This document shows, piece by piece, positions 11,501 through 24,831 of a stretch of 64,000 nucleotides of DNA. The notes under the pieces are model-generated. The model was not told the DNA's origin and made no database searches. It saw only the letters and a list, made by a program, of their open reading frames with translations. The stretch is from Tubulanus polymorphus (Eukaryota; Animalia; Nemertea): assembly GCF_964204645.1 (NCBI RefSeq), contig NC_134034.1:12226962-12290961 (forward strand), read 5' to 3'. Positions within the stretch are counted from its first letter, which is position 1. Every line of letters starts with the position of its first letter. The position numbers were made by a program, and so were the translations under genes.

Positions 11501-12385
11501 GGCTCGGGAAACTATGTATCTGCATCTAATTCCATGTTCTGTGTTTATGTTTCATTAAGACGGAGGAGATGAAGGGAAGCAACGATTTTACGTGTTGTTT
11601 ATTGAGATACAAGGAGACACGGCATTGACAGCTGAACAGAAAACAAAGGTATTTCTATTAACTAAAGTTCTGCGAATTTGATAAGAATCCAGGAAAAAGT
11701 CAAACCACGATAAACCCATGGTCGGCTCCGGCCTACCATCCGGCCAGTTGTGATCTCGATCGTGTCTTTTGATTAATATTTCCCTATCACCCTTAAGTAA
11801 CTTGCCTCAGTGAGATAAGGCGTGATGCCGTTGCATCCACTATCAGTGCTGAGTGACCAGTGGGTTCGAGTCCTGCTGGCTGACTTGTGCGGGCAACACG
11901 TCAAAGGCCTTAGTCCCGTCGTGAGGTTAAACGAATAATCGGACATGGTTGGGGAAAACAAGATCCAAACGACGTTAAGCCAAAACAAACAAACAAAACT
12001 TTATACCGAGGGGGACCTTTGTAGCGTGACCTGATGCCATCACCCTATTTTTACACTTACCCACCCACTATAAGACTAATTGAACCATACGCGAAATCAC
12101 GAACATCCCCTACGAACTTGTTTATCCTCATCGTTTTTTTCCCCCTCTTCGTTCTAGTTCGACGAGAATTTGATTCGTAAATTCGACGTTTACGGCATGC
12201 TCAGGAAAAACGGTTCGATCAGTCCCATGCAGGTGATACAGGTGCAAAAGGGAACGTTCCTCGAGTTGAAACTTCTTTACCTAGAACTGAACCCGAACAC
12301 AACCAGCAACCAATTCAAACAGCCCAGAGCTATTCGAGATGAAAGGTGTCTGGAATTAGTCAAACGTAACATCTTTCAAGCTTGA
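8534..12385 (+). CDS. GHDC: Complete GH3 domain-containing protein (GHDC-like), 644 aa: module B' exons 8534-8663, 8958-10165 + shared exons 10615-10742, 10891-11042, 11560-11648, 12158-12385
   Basis: All introns GT-AG with compatible phases (1,0,2,1,0); spliced length 1935 nt = 645 codons; junction RLAYQ|LVEDEEYEVVSTGMNGVYRYRTGDVVKV contains GH3 motif III (YRYRxGD); later exons give NLFWEKTPE, FYVLFIEI and NQFKQPR (cf. plant GH3 QYKTPR); symbol denotes family likeness, not proven orthology. Confidence 0.9.
10615..12385 (+). CDS. Single-copy 3' (constant) exons of the GH3 locus: 10615-10742, 10891-11042, 11560-11648, 12158-12385
   Basis: No copy of these exons is present in the spacers 1834-3069, 4698-5647 or 7288-8533; the first acceptor (ggtatag|TTA GTC GAG) is phase 0 and matches the donors of all four modules. 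Confidence 0.85.
11063..11446. mobile_element. Degenerate MITE-derived repeats in a GH3 intron (same family as 55434-55567)
   Basis: Repeated agaccagtctaa / ttggttctatagccaatctaacaactt blocks shared with 55434-55567, ~41470-41625 and ~58150-58270. Confidence 0.55.
11803..11999 (+). mobile_element. tRNA-derived SINE in the last GH3 intron
   Basis: A-box-like gcctcagtgagataaggcg, B-box GGTTCGAGTCC, 3' end gacgttaagcc followed by an (AAAC)n tail. Confidence 0.6.
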
Positions 12386-12625
12386 AATAGATTTATGAAT
12401 ATGAGAAATTAGCAATTTCGTCGCACTTGTTTCTTAGAAACGTAATAAGTTTTAAGATGAACATTGAGAGAAGAAAACGATTTCTAAATATTGTGATTAT
12501 TTTAACGTCTGGGGATTACTATAAGCTTAAACTTTTCAAACAGCTATTTCCTCATTTTTTGTTTATTAGAAAATCATACGGTAGTTTTCGATTTGAAGTA
12601 TTCCGGTTTAGGAATATCAATTCCG

Positions 12626-13627
12626 GATTACAAACTCTCTACCGGCCGCTTCCGTTAGGTTTACAGATTACAAACTCTCTGCCGACCGCTTCTATCAGGT
12701 TTACAGATTACAAACTCTCTACCGGCCGCTTCGATCAGGTTTACAGATTACAAACTCTCTACCGGCCGCTTCTATCGGGTTTACAGATTACAAACTCTCT
12801 ACCGGCCGCTTCTATCGGGTTTACAGATTACAAACTCCCTTCCGGCCACTTCTATCAGGTTTACAGATTACAAACTCTCTACCGGCCGCTTCTATCAGGT
12901 TTACAGATTACAAACTCTCTACCGGCCGCTTCTATCAGGTTTACAGATTACAAACTCTCTACCGGCCGCTTCTATCAGGTTTACAGATTACAAACTCTCT
13001 ACCGGCCGCTTCTATCAGGTTTACAGATTACAAACTCTCTACCGGCCGCTTCTATCGGGTTTACAGATTACAAACTCTCTACCGGTCGCTTCCATCGGGT
13101 TTACAGATTACAAACTCTCTACCGGCCGCTTCTATCGGGTTTACAGATTACAAACTCTCTACCGGCCGCCTCTATCGGGTTCACAGATTACAAACTCTCT
13201 ACCGGCCGCTTCTATCAGGTTTACAGATTACAAACTCTCTACCGGCCGCTTCTATCGGGTTTACAGATTACAAACTCTCTACCGGCCGCTTCTATCAGGT
13301 TTACAGATTACAAACTCTCTACCGGCCGCTTCTATCAGGTTTACAGATTACAAACTCTCTACCGGCCGCTTCTATCAGGTTTACAGATTACAAACTCTCT
13401 ACCGGCCGCTTCTATCAGGTTTACAGATTACAAACTCTCTACCGGCCGCTTCTATCGGGTTTATAGATTACAAACTCTCTACCGGCCGCTTCTATCAGGT
13501 TTACAGATTAAAAACTCTCTACCGACCGCTTCTATCAGGTTTACAGATTACAAACTCTCTACCGACCGCTTCTATCGGGTTTACAGATTACAAACTCTCT
13601 ACCGGCCGCTTCTATCGGGTTTACAGA
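12626..13627. repeat. 40-bp minisatellite, ~25 copies
   Basis: Unit ttacagattacaaactctctaccggccgcttctatcaggt. Confidence 0.97.
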
Positions 13628-15062
13628 ATATGCTAATTCCGGAATAGGTAGAGCGTATTCTGGTTGAAACGTACGCGCCAGAAGAGAATCCCGGAATCGG
13701 CAGATGTCAATCGAAACCTGCCTAAAGTTCATAATATGAGCCCTATGAAGAATTCAACGGATCCAAATATTATTCCTAGCCCGACCCGATACTGTCAAGT
13801 ACTAAACTGAAGTATACACTAGAAAAATAACTTGTCAATAAATCTAAAAGCGACGAAAATATGTCGATGAAATTAAGCGCGGTAATTGATCTGAATTTGT
13901 GGAAATGAATTTTAGTAAGGCGACGAGTAGCGAGCGAACGAGGTTCAATGGTCGTAACCCAGACGCGTAAATTACATTCGATAAAAACGTCGTGTCAAAA
14001 TGTGACAAAACAAGTGGCGCTCTTGACTTGATTTTCCGCATTGAAAACGACGCCATTTTCACCGGCAAATAATAATGTTCGCCCCTAGTAGAAACCGATT
14101 ATGCAAATGAAGGGCTTCTCGACGAGTCTCAGCGAGATATAAACAAGGTCCATTAGTCGAGATGAGAATATATTCATTGTTAGGCGAGGATTTATATCGT
14201 TAGAAGTTTCTACTCTTTACGATAAGGATTTAGAGTCAGATTTGGCCCGTTGTATTGTGAATATTTGTTAGCTGGAGTGAATCTCCCGACGGTGGGGTAT
14301 TCGTGCGCCGGAAAAAAATAATCCCTCTCCGTTTAGTTGTCGAGAAACAACGGATTAACGGAAGCATAAAGAGATTAGGATTATCATGGTTCTGTTTCGG
14401 CGTTCGATGGACGCGGAAAGAAATTATAGGTATTGAATTTGGAGCGAGATGTAGCGCAAGTCTAAGGACGGAGCGCCCCCTGGGGAGTGAGTAGCGATAG
14501 GTCAGACTTGATCCCGGTCCACGCGGGGATAATTACGAACAGACTTTAATAAAATCCCGAAGCGCATGAAATTGAATAACGATAATATAATCGCGTTGTA
14601 AGATACCGGCTAAACGAATGATAAAATGTCTGCCGCTGACCTCTTCTGGGAACGATCTCTCTCAGTAGATCAACGGGGTCAAAACTCCTCACCCTATAAT
14701 TCGGTTGGGACGTTTGTACAAGCAGTTTGTCACTCACTCTCTATAACTGAGGTACATTTATTCCTCACGACGGTTTTTCCTCAACTTGACCACTGAAAGC
14801 AAGATTCTCGCTAAACTTTCCGTGTTCGTACGTAACTAGTCGTCGGAACTTTCCGCGGGTCTGGTTGTCAATAACGGATGACTCCAATAAATTCGCGGGT
14901 CGGCTTGAAATAAGTAACCGGTTAAAAGAATTATCGAATTGGTTTGAAAACCAAAGAACAAGCACATATCTATATAACCCACCTCTAAAAGTTTGATAAA
15001 ACGTCCCACATCTGTGTATAAAATGTGATCGTATGTTCTGTATTGAAATAGTATTCCGACAA

Positions 15063-15226
<164 letters not shown>

Positions 15227-15490
15227 TAACCTGTTTTAATGTTAATCTAAAGCGCTATTATTATTTTAGAATATATAGCGCTATATAAAGAAATAAATTA
15301 TCATCATCATCATTATATTATTAAAATTAGTTGTCATTTACCTGATCAATGTTTCCGTTTAGCAGAAGCAGCAATAGGTTGAAGGTCACCAGTCCATCCA
15401 TTTCTCTGCCGGTTCGATTTATCGCATATAAATCCAACAATGACTAAAAAACACTTTTGAACGTTTCAAATGTTCGTCTGCAACGAGTGA

Positions 15491-15720
15491 ACCCGATTCG
15501 ACTCGATCTATAGAATCGGCAATGTCCGTCGCTTACGCAGGAATCCGATTCGACTCGAACTATAGAATCGGCAATGTCCGTCGCTTACGAAGGAATCCGA
15601 TTCGACTCGAACTATAGAATCGGCAATGTCCGTCGCTTACGAAGGAATCCGATTCGACTCGAACTACAGATTCGGCACTGTCCGTCGCTTACGAAGGAAT
15701 CCGATTCGACTCGAACTATA
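15491..15720. repeat. 52-bp tandem repeat, ~4 copies
   Basis: Unit gaatccgattcgactcgaactatagaatcggcaatgtccgtcgcttacgaag (copies start at 15541 and 15593). Confidence 0.9.
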
Positions 15721-16868
15721 TCCGTCGAATGAATCTCATTCGGCACCTCGTGAAAATTCGGCAATGTCCACAGGTTCTCTCGCGGATGTTGAGAGCGCAC
15801 ACGTCGGTTCAGTCTTATGTATCAATAAACCTCGGTAACCTTCAGAATGATTCCGAATCGAAGGGCTCACCACTTCGTCGGTCGAATGTAGGCCGCCCTA
15901 TATTTGATTCCCCGGCAAATTTCCACTTTTCTATGGTGAGAGGACTATTTATATTTCTAGTTGAATTCGTCTGGCGAATAACCACGATACACGCGTATCA
16001 ATTGCATATTAGTGACCGTTAAAAACTGTTACATTCAAATTCGAAATATTGACCCGATACCTTCTTGTCCAAGCGTAGTAGTGAAAACTATCGGTATTTT
16101 TGAACAAATGGGTTTCTAGACACAGTGTTTTGGAATCCGATATTATTCTATGTAAATATATATATTTATATTAGATCTTAAAATCGGCTTATTAAAGTTA
16201 TATATCATATACATATACTTCTAACAGGTGATCTACACGGAAGGCTACGGGAACGAACCGCAAAAAAAATTACACCGAAATTCCCCTCACGCCGAACCTC
16301 TTACGACAAATTCTAACCAATCAATGCTGATGGCTTTCTCTCCCGCTCTCCGTATCTCCTCTCTCTCTCCTCTCTCTCTCTCGGTAGATGTGCCTGGCTA
16401 CAGATTTCGACGGATTAGTCTGTGTCGATTGCGTTCGCTTATCTGAAAAGAGATTACAAACAAGATTACAGACGTGGCGAATGTTTGCACTAATGTACCG
16501 GGACTAATTTAACAATGACAGCGAGCGGATATTGCCACTGTTTAGACACGAACGCACCGCCTGACGTGCAAACTTCTAAATCAACAACCTGACGCGTGAC
16601 GTCATCCACGCCATCGGTATCGACAGCGATATCGCCGCTGTCCACGGGCTCATTAAACTTTTTATAAGGTCAGCTACCCTTTTCAACAAAACTGTGGAAC
16701 GTCTATGGTTAGGTAGTCTACACTAACTGTCCCTACTCAGAGCGTATTTCTAGCAGATGGTAGTGGGCCCTCCACCAAGAAATTTTGAAAAACTGCCCTT
16801 TTGCAAATATTTTTGTTAAAATATCCTTTTCCGGATTTCTCTGCCCCTCAAAATTCAAATGCTAGGAA

Positions 16869-17032
16869 TGTGGAACTGAATCCAGATTCAAAATCAAACT
16901 CACAATACTGTGGAACTGGATGCAGAGTTGACTGAAACCTGCACAACTGTGGAACTGGATCCACGGTCAAATTAAACCGACTTTACTGTGGAACTGGATC
17001 CAGAGTCGAATTAAACCCGCACACTGTGGAAC
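16869..17032 (+). repeat. Degenerate array of the dispersed 39-bp repeat
   Basis: Repeated ctgtggaactggatccagagtc-aattaaaccc. Confidence 0.8.
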
Positions 17033-18262
17033 CGTTTATACAGAGCCAGCACGTTGGAATTGGTTATATTCTATTCAAACTCTATTCAACAACATATTTT
17101 TATGTATCAATAATTTTGCGCCGTTTCGTTTCGATTCCGCTACAAACGCTCGATAAACGATTAGACACAGAAACTCGAAATCCTCCGCTAAGATCTAAAA
17201 TCTAATATCTTAAATCTTAAATAGATCGAGGTTTTACCGTCTCTAGGTTTCGTTAACGATAACGATGGAATTACTATTAGTCTGTCTGAAAAACCTTTAA
17301 TACGCGGACAAAATCGATGGTTTACATTAATGTCCCGTTCCGAGTGTGGTTTATTGAATTCCCGGAGAATCTCGCGAGAACTTTCACTTAACACTTTTAA
17401 CTGTTGAAATATGTAGGAAATCGACAGATATTTCTGGGTTTATCTACACAAAAAAAAATCTTAATGGACTGCGCAGAAATCTGTAGAAAGCAACAGGCAA
17501 CTGCCAACGCGGCTACTGGTGGTAATAGAGGATTCCACTTATGGCAAGCGAGGAACCTTTAGGTGTCGCTAGTAGTAGTTGCTCGGTCTTCTAGGTTCAA
17601 TTTTTCTAAACATCAGTTAAAAATCGAATTTGAACTTTTCTCCTGGAAATGTTTCCGAAATGTCCCCTTGAACTGTCAGTTAGAACAATAGCCAATCATC
17701 CAGTATTGCTGAAGATTAGTCTCAGGATAAAGTCAAAGCGATGGAAATATAACTACGTACAATAGCTCAAGGAAACATTTCAGACTCGTTTCGTTCTTTG
17801 TGTACATAAATATTAGCGCTGGCTACTTTACCGCTCACACATAGTCTCCCCTCCCTCCCCTCCCCTCCAATAAATAGAACGATCAGAAAATGCTCACTTT
17901 TTAGCTAAACACTAGTCATTATTTTCGCTCCAGAAGAATTAACGTGCTGTGAATGTCGCCACAGTGGCACAGAAGTCTTTCACCCAGTCACACATTTTTA
18001 AAGATTGTGCCGCGCGATTAGGACTGGTTTTTATGAATTGGTATCAGTAGCACAGCGGGAGGGTGGAGGGAGTCAGTTGTTTACGGGAAGGAAAAGTAAA
18101 AATGGTGATACGGTCTGTTTTTACGACTGTTGCTTAGGTGGCAACAGCCGCTCTGCAAAACAGAAAGACACCATGTTCAAAAAACTCGAAACCTATAAAT
18201 GAAGAAAATTACATCTAACAGAACAGATGGAATGGATTCGTGGTGAGAGCCCGTCTGCTTAC

Positions 18263-18692
18263 GAGGGAGAGAGTGTCCTCTCCTCACAGCTGTAGAGGGA
18301 GAGAGTGTCCTCTCCTCACAGCTGTAGAGGGAGAGAGTGTCCTCTCCTCACAGCTGTAGAAGGAGAGAGTGTCCTCTCCTCACAGCTGTAGAGGGAGAGA
18401 GTGTCCTCTCCTCACAGCTGTAGAGGGAGAGAGTGTCCTCTCCTCACAGCTGTAGAGGGAGAGAGTGTCCTCTCCTCACAGCTGTAGAAGGAGAGAGTGT
18501 CCTCTCCTCACAGCTGTAGAAGGAGAGAGTGTCCTCTCCTCACAGCTGTAGAGGGAGAGAGTGTCCTCTGCTCATAGCTGTAGAGGGAGAGATTGTCCTC
18601 TCCTCACAGCTGTAGAAGGAGAGAGTGTCCTCTCCTCACAGCTGTAGAGGGAGAGAGTGTCCTCTCCTCACAGCTGTAGAAGGAGAGAGTGT
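18263..18692. repeat. 32-bp minisatellite, ~13 copies
   Basis: Unit gagggagagagtgtcctctcctcacagctgta. Confidence 0.95.
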
Positions 18693-20747
18693 CGATGAGT
18701 TTTAAATCTGTAACTCAGAACTGTGGAACTGGGTCGAGAGGAATAGTTTATATGGCCTGACTGGTCACGACAGCGATTAACGCACGGACCAGATTAACTT
18801 TCAAACCCTTAACATTCCGCGCCTAGCGCCGTAGTACACAGTGGTAGTCGTGCAATTTCTGAATGCTGGGCTGCAATAAGTGATTTAAGTTTTAACTGAC
18901 TGGAAATAAACTGATTTCAACTCAGAACTGTGGAAACTCTATCCTGGGTTCTTTATTTGATAAATGAGTGACGTCGTGGTGGGAATGGGAGATATTGGTG
19001 ACGACTGGAACCAACCATTTTCCTTTCCTCGATAAGAAGAACTGCTTAAACCAACAGGAGATATGTTTTATGATGTTTTTTAGTGACAACTTACGACGGT
19101 TACTAGCATCAGTTTGTCGATTATCCGACTGACTGCTGACTGTGTTATCTGAAACACATCGACCTGAAGGTGAACACTGTCTGCCCACGCGACGGATCGG
19201 AGACGCCCGCTTGCAGTTCTACGCGGATAAGTGCCATACTTCTATATTGACCACATGTTGTCTTATCCGACTGTTCACACGACTTATCACGCTTACCTCT
19301 CTTATCAGTGTATAAGGTTTTGTAATACGCGTTAAAGACCGTGCGCTATGGTATACAGCAGCGAATCCGGCCGGAGTAATTCGAGCGCGCTAGACGGTCA
19401 AGCGTTCACTCCTCAGACGTCTCAGGTACCGGGTGAGAACTTATGTTCGGTGACCTAAACTTTGATTTCAACAAAATCAACCGACCATCCAAACCTATAT
19501 CTATATCTCTATTCAAAATCAGACCCTCTGCTTTGTCCCCTATAGGTGTAAATCTGGTCGGTTTGCGAAGGAAACGCCAAAGATAGAAAAAACCATTGAC
19601 TTTTCAACAATGATTTATCAACTATGATATCTGTACTTCATTTTCGGATTTCAAAATTTAATCCTCTGTGTCGTCCTTGGTAGGTGTGGTGCTGGGTTTG
19701 TGGGAAACTCGAAGGATCAAATCAAGTCAAAGAGCGAGAATCATCCTTATATTTCAATCAAGATTTAATGAAGAATATAGTTTGGACCTCGCCATCCTTG
19801 ATTGCCAGTGTGGCTGAAGGCGACCAAACCCTGGCAAGCGAGGACGGGCTGATAAATGTTTTCAAATCTAAGTCTTTGCTAACGAATTGACGCGTGTTTA
19901 TACTTGGCTCCGTTCGTTTTACAAATCTCAAACGGATCTGATTTATAATTCCGATATACTTCCCTGCACACGCTCGTTCAGCGAATGAAAATCGTGATTT
20001 TGAAAACTGTTAGCGACAATCTGTTTGATCTGAAAGCCCAATCCCCCGCGGGAGCTGTTGCTACCCGGCTATATCGTCCGGCAGATCACGTAACAACAAT
20101 TAATCAAACAACTTAAAACCGTTTCGGCTTCTAGTCGCTCACGCAATGTTCAGACTGCTCGTCGTGTTATACACGAAATTGGTCGTCATCATCAATTACG
20201 GTACAAATTCAAACATCTGTAATAATTTGATTAAAAAATACGCCGTCGTCGTCGTTTCGCCTTCACGAGTCGGTAGTTTTCATTTTACAAGCAATCGATC
20301 TTCGCAGACGAAACGAAACGATGTTGTTATATTGAAACAAGTGTTGTTCGCGTTTTAGTAATCGCCGAGCCGTGCAGCGCGTGTACGGCTCAATCGCGTC
20401 GTTAAGTCGTTAATCTTCGACGTATTAAAAATCTATTCCGCCGACGGCGACGGAGAAATATTCGGCGGCAATTAATGTTTCTTTAGAGTTCACCGGTTGG
20501 GTTAATTGCGTCTGTGTACGTTTTAACGCTTGTTTTTCTTCAGTATAGTTTAAACTTGTCGTCGCGCAGCTGCTGCTGCTGCTGCTGCTGCTGCTACTGC
20601 TGCCGCCTCTCCCTGCTTTGGTGATCGTTATACACTGATTAATCCAAATGACGATTTTCACTTAGTAAATTGGATTATTAGAAATACAGATCGGGAATCA
20701 AAAATGCAATGTGCCGACTTATCCGAATGACGACTTAACCTAGTTCT

Positions 20748-20821
20748 AGCAGCAGCAGCAGCAGCAGAAGCAACAGCACCACCAGTAGCAGCAACACCAG
20801 CAGCAGCACCAGTAGCAGCAA

Positions 20822-20862
<41 letters not shown>

Positions 20863-20901
20863 CCAGCAGCAGTAGCAGCAGCAACACCAGTAGCAGCAGC
20901 A
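20748..20901. repeat. Imperfect (CAG/CAA/CAC)n microsatellite
   Basis: gcagcagcagcaacaccagcag runs; a shorter (CTG)n tract lies at 20568-20602. Confidence 0.9.
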
Positions 20902-21768
20902 CTGCGCCATGACCCAATGACATCCTGTACAGTTTTACATTCAGTTATCACACAGTCGTTTCCCCCAACGAGCAAAACATGTTCCAGTAAAAAACCCCGA
21001 ACATGAACAGCGCATTACTATAGAATAGTCCGTACGCTCGGAGAATAGATTTAATCAAACCAACTTCATAGAAATACAAAATTCAAAAGATTTAGATTGA
21101 AATTTATTTGTCAATATTGTTAAATTAATAAATCATTATTTTCTATTTTCCTCATTTAAACAAACTATCTTTTTTACTCTCCGAAGCTTTGTTCCATGAT
21201 CTTGATGCTATTCATTATTACAGAAAACTAAAAAACAAAAACGTCTGAACGGTTTTGAACACAATAAGTTTTTAAGGAGCGGTGGTCACCCGTCATTTTC
21301 ACACCTACCCTCTCTGATAATCGGGCATTCCTGTTGAAAGATTTGCAGCAAGTATGTTCTTTTTTTATTTTAGTGGCTAAATAAGCGGCAAATTGTATAA
21401 AAAATTAAGTTTTTTGTATATGTTGACGTAGACAGCCTCGATGTTATATCAGAGGTATGTACAGTCCCACATACTCCAGCATAATGGAGGATACCCATCT
21501 TGATAGCAGCGACATCTACCGCCGATTTTGGTCAACGATCGCGTTTCGTTGTCCATTAATTTTTTACTCGCATTGTCGACGAATGAAAATTGGAATCGTG
21601 CGAGTGCTTATCACTGACTTATCACCGGCTTATCATACGGGTATAGCTGCTTACCGTAGCGTGTTATTACCGAATCAGACCCGATCGCTTATTGCGCGAC
21701 GAGTCATGAATCGAAACCGGTCCCTACGGAGTTATACATAACATACACTTCAGCTGCGGGTCAAAAAC

Positions 21769-22118
21769 CAGCAGCAGCAGTAGCACCACCACCAGCAGCG
21801 GCAGCAGTACCCCAGCATCACCACCAGCAACACCACCAGCAGCACCAGCAACACCACCAGCAGCACCAGCAGTGGCAGCGGCAGCGGCAGTACCCCAGCA
21901 CCACCAGCAACAGCACCACCACCAGCAGCAGCAGCAGCAGTACCCCAGCATCACCACCAGCAACACCACCAGCAGCACCAGCAGTGGCAGCGGCAGCGGC
22001 AGTACCCCAGCACCACCAGCAACAGCACCACCACCAGCACCATCACCACCAGCAGCAGCAGCAGCAGTACCCCAGCATCATCACCAGCAACACCACCAGC
22101 AGCACTGGCACCAGCGCC
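21769..22118. repeat. Compound CAG/CAC repeat with higher-order gcagtaccccagca units
   Basis: Low-complexity tract giving poly-Q/H/A/P ORFs in several frames. Confidence 0.9.
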
Positions 22119-24831
22119 ACAGCCATTACATTTTATGCTTAAACTCAAGTTTTAATTTTTGGAAACCAGAGATTTAGAAAAAAACATATAGGATTTAGAA
22201 GTTTTTCACCAACCACAAATACACGTTAAAAAGAGAAAGAAAAACGAAGGAAAACTAAGAGACGTTTAGACTAGTTTTGAAAATGTCTCCCAGTATTGAG
22301 AATAAATGTCACTACTCGCTTAGTTTTTCTTCATATTCGATGGTTTTTCCTGAATTACTGTTCTTACTGTCTATCACTGCACTACTGGGCAGATAGAATT
22401 GACCTCGCAGATTATCGATCGAAACATGAAATTCTCCGATTCTCGCAAACTTCCGGCTGCTGCAAACGGCAACATCCGGGACATTATTTGTAAGTTCCGG
22501 TCCTCGCGGCGTGGTCGATCGATACGATCCGCCTCGTTGTCGCGCGGTAATCCAATCGATAATTCTAATGCAGACGACACGTCATATGGGAAACATCACG
22601 ATAAAACAAACTTCATATCAGACAATTTCATTTTCGTTTTGTATACCGCATTTTGAGTAAAATATCGTTCCATTGAAAGTCGATTCAATCAGTCGTGAAA
22701 GTCGTGACTTGAATCAGAAATTGGCATCAAATCTTTAGACTTAGTCTGAAAAAGGCAAGAAAACTAGAATCCGAAATGTTTCCTAAAATAGTTGATTCGA
22801 CCTATGGGTTAATTACTAGTCGTTCCGGAAGATGATTGAACTGTTATCTCAAGGAAACTTTTCTGACCCGTTTTTTCGTAACTTCTGTAATTCAAAGATC
22901 GACAGTGGGATAAAGTCGAAACATCCAATAAGCGACTAGCCCAGGGAAGTTTTTCCGACTCAATCTTTCATTCTTAGCGTGAGGATTCTCTATATTGGAT
23001 TGTTGTCTCCTCGCTTCTGATCTCGCCGCTTTAACCCGGCACGAATGCCGTACAAAATAACTAACTAGCCGCTTATTGGCGGTCAATCGAAAATGGCAAA
23101 AGCCAAACGTCGGGCACAAGCGAGGATGACAAGTCTTGGAACAAAAGATCAACAAGCCGACGATTGATGTTAGATAGATGACGGTGGATATTTCTGTAAC
23201 GACAAGAGTAGAGAGAGAGAGAGAGTTCACCGACGGGTCTCGTTTGTATCAATAATATTTCTGTGAGTCAGAAATAATGAAAGGATAATGGAAATCCGGT
23301 TTTTCTCGTGTGGTTATCAAGATTGACGGTGGTCGGTCGAGGGAGACGCGCGCGGTGAAATTGACCGAATGATTTTTTCAATTAATTGTCGATGAAGATA
23401 GCGACAATAGGGAAGTGTTCTATAGGGAGTTATAGTGGCAACATAATCATGTACTTTTTATAGAAAAGAGAAGGGAACTTGTTTTTTTAGAAAACATCCA
23501 AGTCTTTATCTAACCAATTCTATTGTCTAATTTATAATTTTACAAGTCATTTTAGATTCCAGCTTCTTTTCGCAATGGTAAATTCTCAGAATCCAGGTCC
23601 CTTGTGTTGTTCACGAGTTCGATTAAGCTCCCTGAGTTGAAATAAGTTACTTATTGAACAGAGTGAACACGTTAGTTGTTTGTCCATGTTGTGAGTTCAA
23701 GTGGAGTGTTCGAGACTAACTTTCGAGGTTACATCGTTAGGTTTATCAGCGAACCGAGAGGGACCAAACGTCGTGAGGTCGGCTTTCTATAGCACAGCGT
23801 GACGCTAAGCCATAACATAAAGTACAAATTGTTCCAGTTTATTAAATATAAGTTCGTTTTTAATTAGATTATTTAGACTCGAATTTCACCTCACATCATT
23901 GTGTCACATGTATCTGAGTCCAGAACCGTGCGTGTTCATCTTGCCAAACACGTCTTGCGCTGTCAAACCAATCAAACCGCTGAAAAAGACCCGTCTGCCG
24001 GTGACGACCGATTCGACCCCGACAACAATTCATATCCCAACGTAATTGATTCGGTAACGAGTAGACGTTAATCTTGATCGTGTGCGCGCGATACTCGAAT
24101 GACGAATGTGGAGCGTTACTTTGATCCAGGGGTTAATTGAAACGTCGCTGCGGTGACCGGACAGAGTTTTATATTTACTGATGGCAAACGCGTCGTAGCG
24201 AAGGGAGGAATGGAAAAAGCCCACCAAAGATTTGGATTTGAACCTGATGGTATCACGAGCATTCGTATAGATAGACTGGTTGCCTGTCGAATTCTGCGCC
24301 GCCCACATTCGCAGTCCGAGACCGGCAACCAGTCTACTCGCATAGAAAAGTAACGAAAAAGAAAATAGCCCTAACACTGGGATTCGAACCTGATGGCCGT
24401 GCACCACGGTGTGTAGAACTAGAAGCTATTCCCGAGAACCCAGTTTTCATCGAGTGAGAATAACGAGGACAGTGCAGCTTACAAAGTGCTCAAACTTTAT
24501 TTTCACAGAATCACCGATTCTCCACTCGCTGTCCCGAGAGGGGGGGTTGGGGGTAAGAGCGTTAAGACTGACTGCGCTCGACGACCCCTGCTGCGGTATA
24601 ACGGCGCCATCGGCAAATTGAAACCAATAAACGTCAATTGAGATGAATATATGTTGATGAAATGCGTCGAGAAGTCACAGTTAAATCGTGACATGTTTAC
24701 TAAACTCACATAACAACAGAGCTTGAGTCTCACTGCGCAGTGTTCATCTAATCAGTAAACAGCGATTATACACTGCGATAACTACTAACGCAATATTCAT
24801 TTAAATCTGGACCCGAATACCTACCTATGTG

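Noticed and set aside
12427-13647. 406-aa ORF
   Set aside because: Produced by a stop-free 40-bp minisatellite cycling through three frames; TTG start and AT-rich leader without protein-like features
20658-22177. Poly-A/L/Q/H ORFs
   Set aside because: Translations of CAG/CAC microsatellites with no splice-consistent flanks
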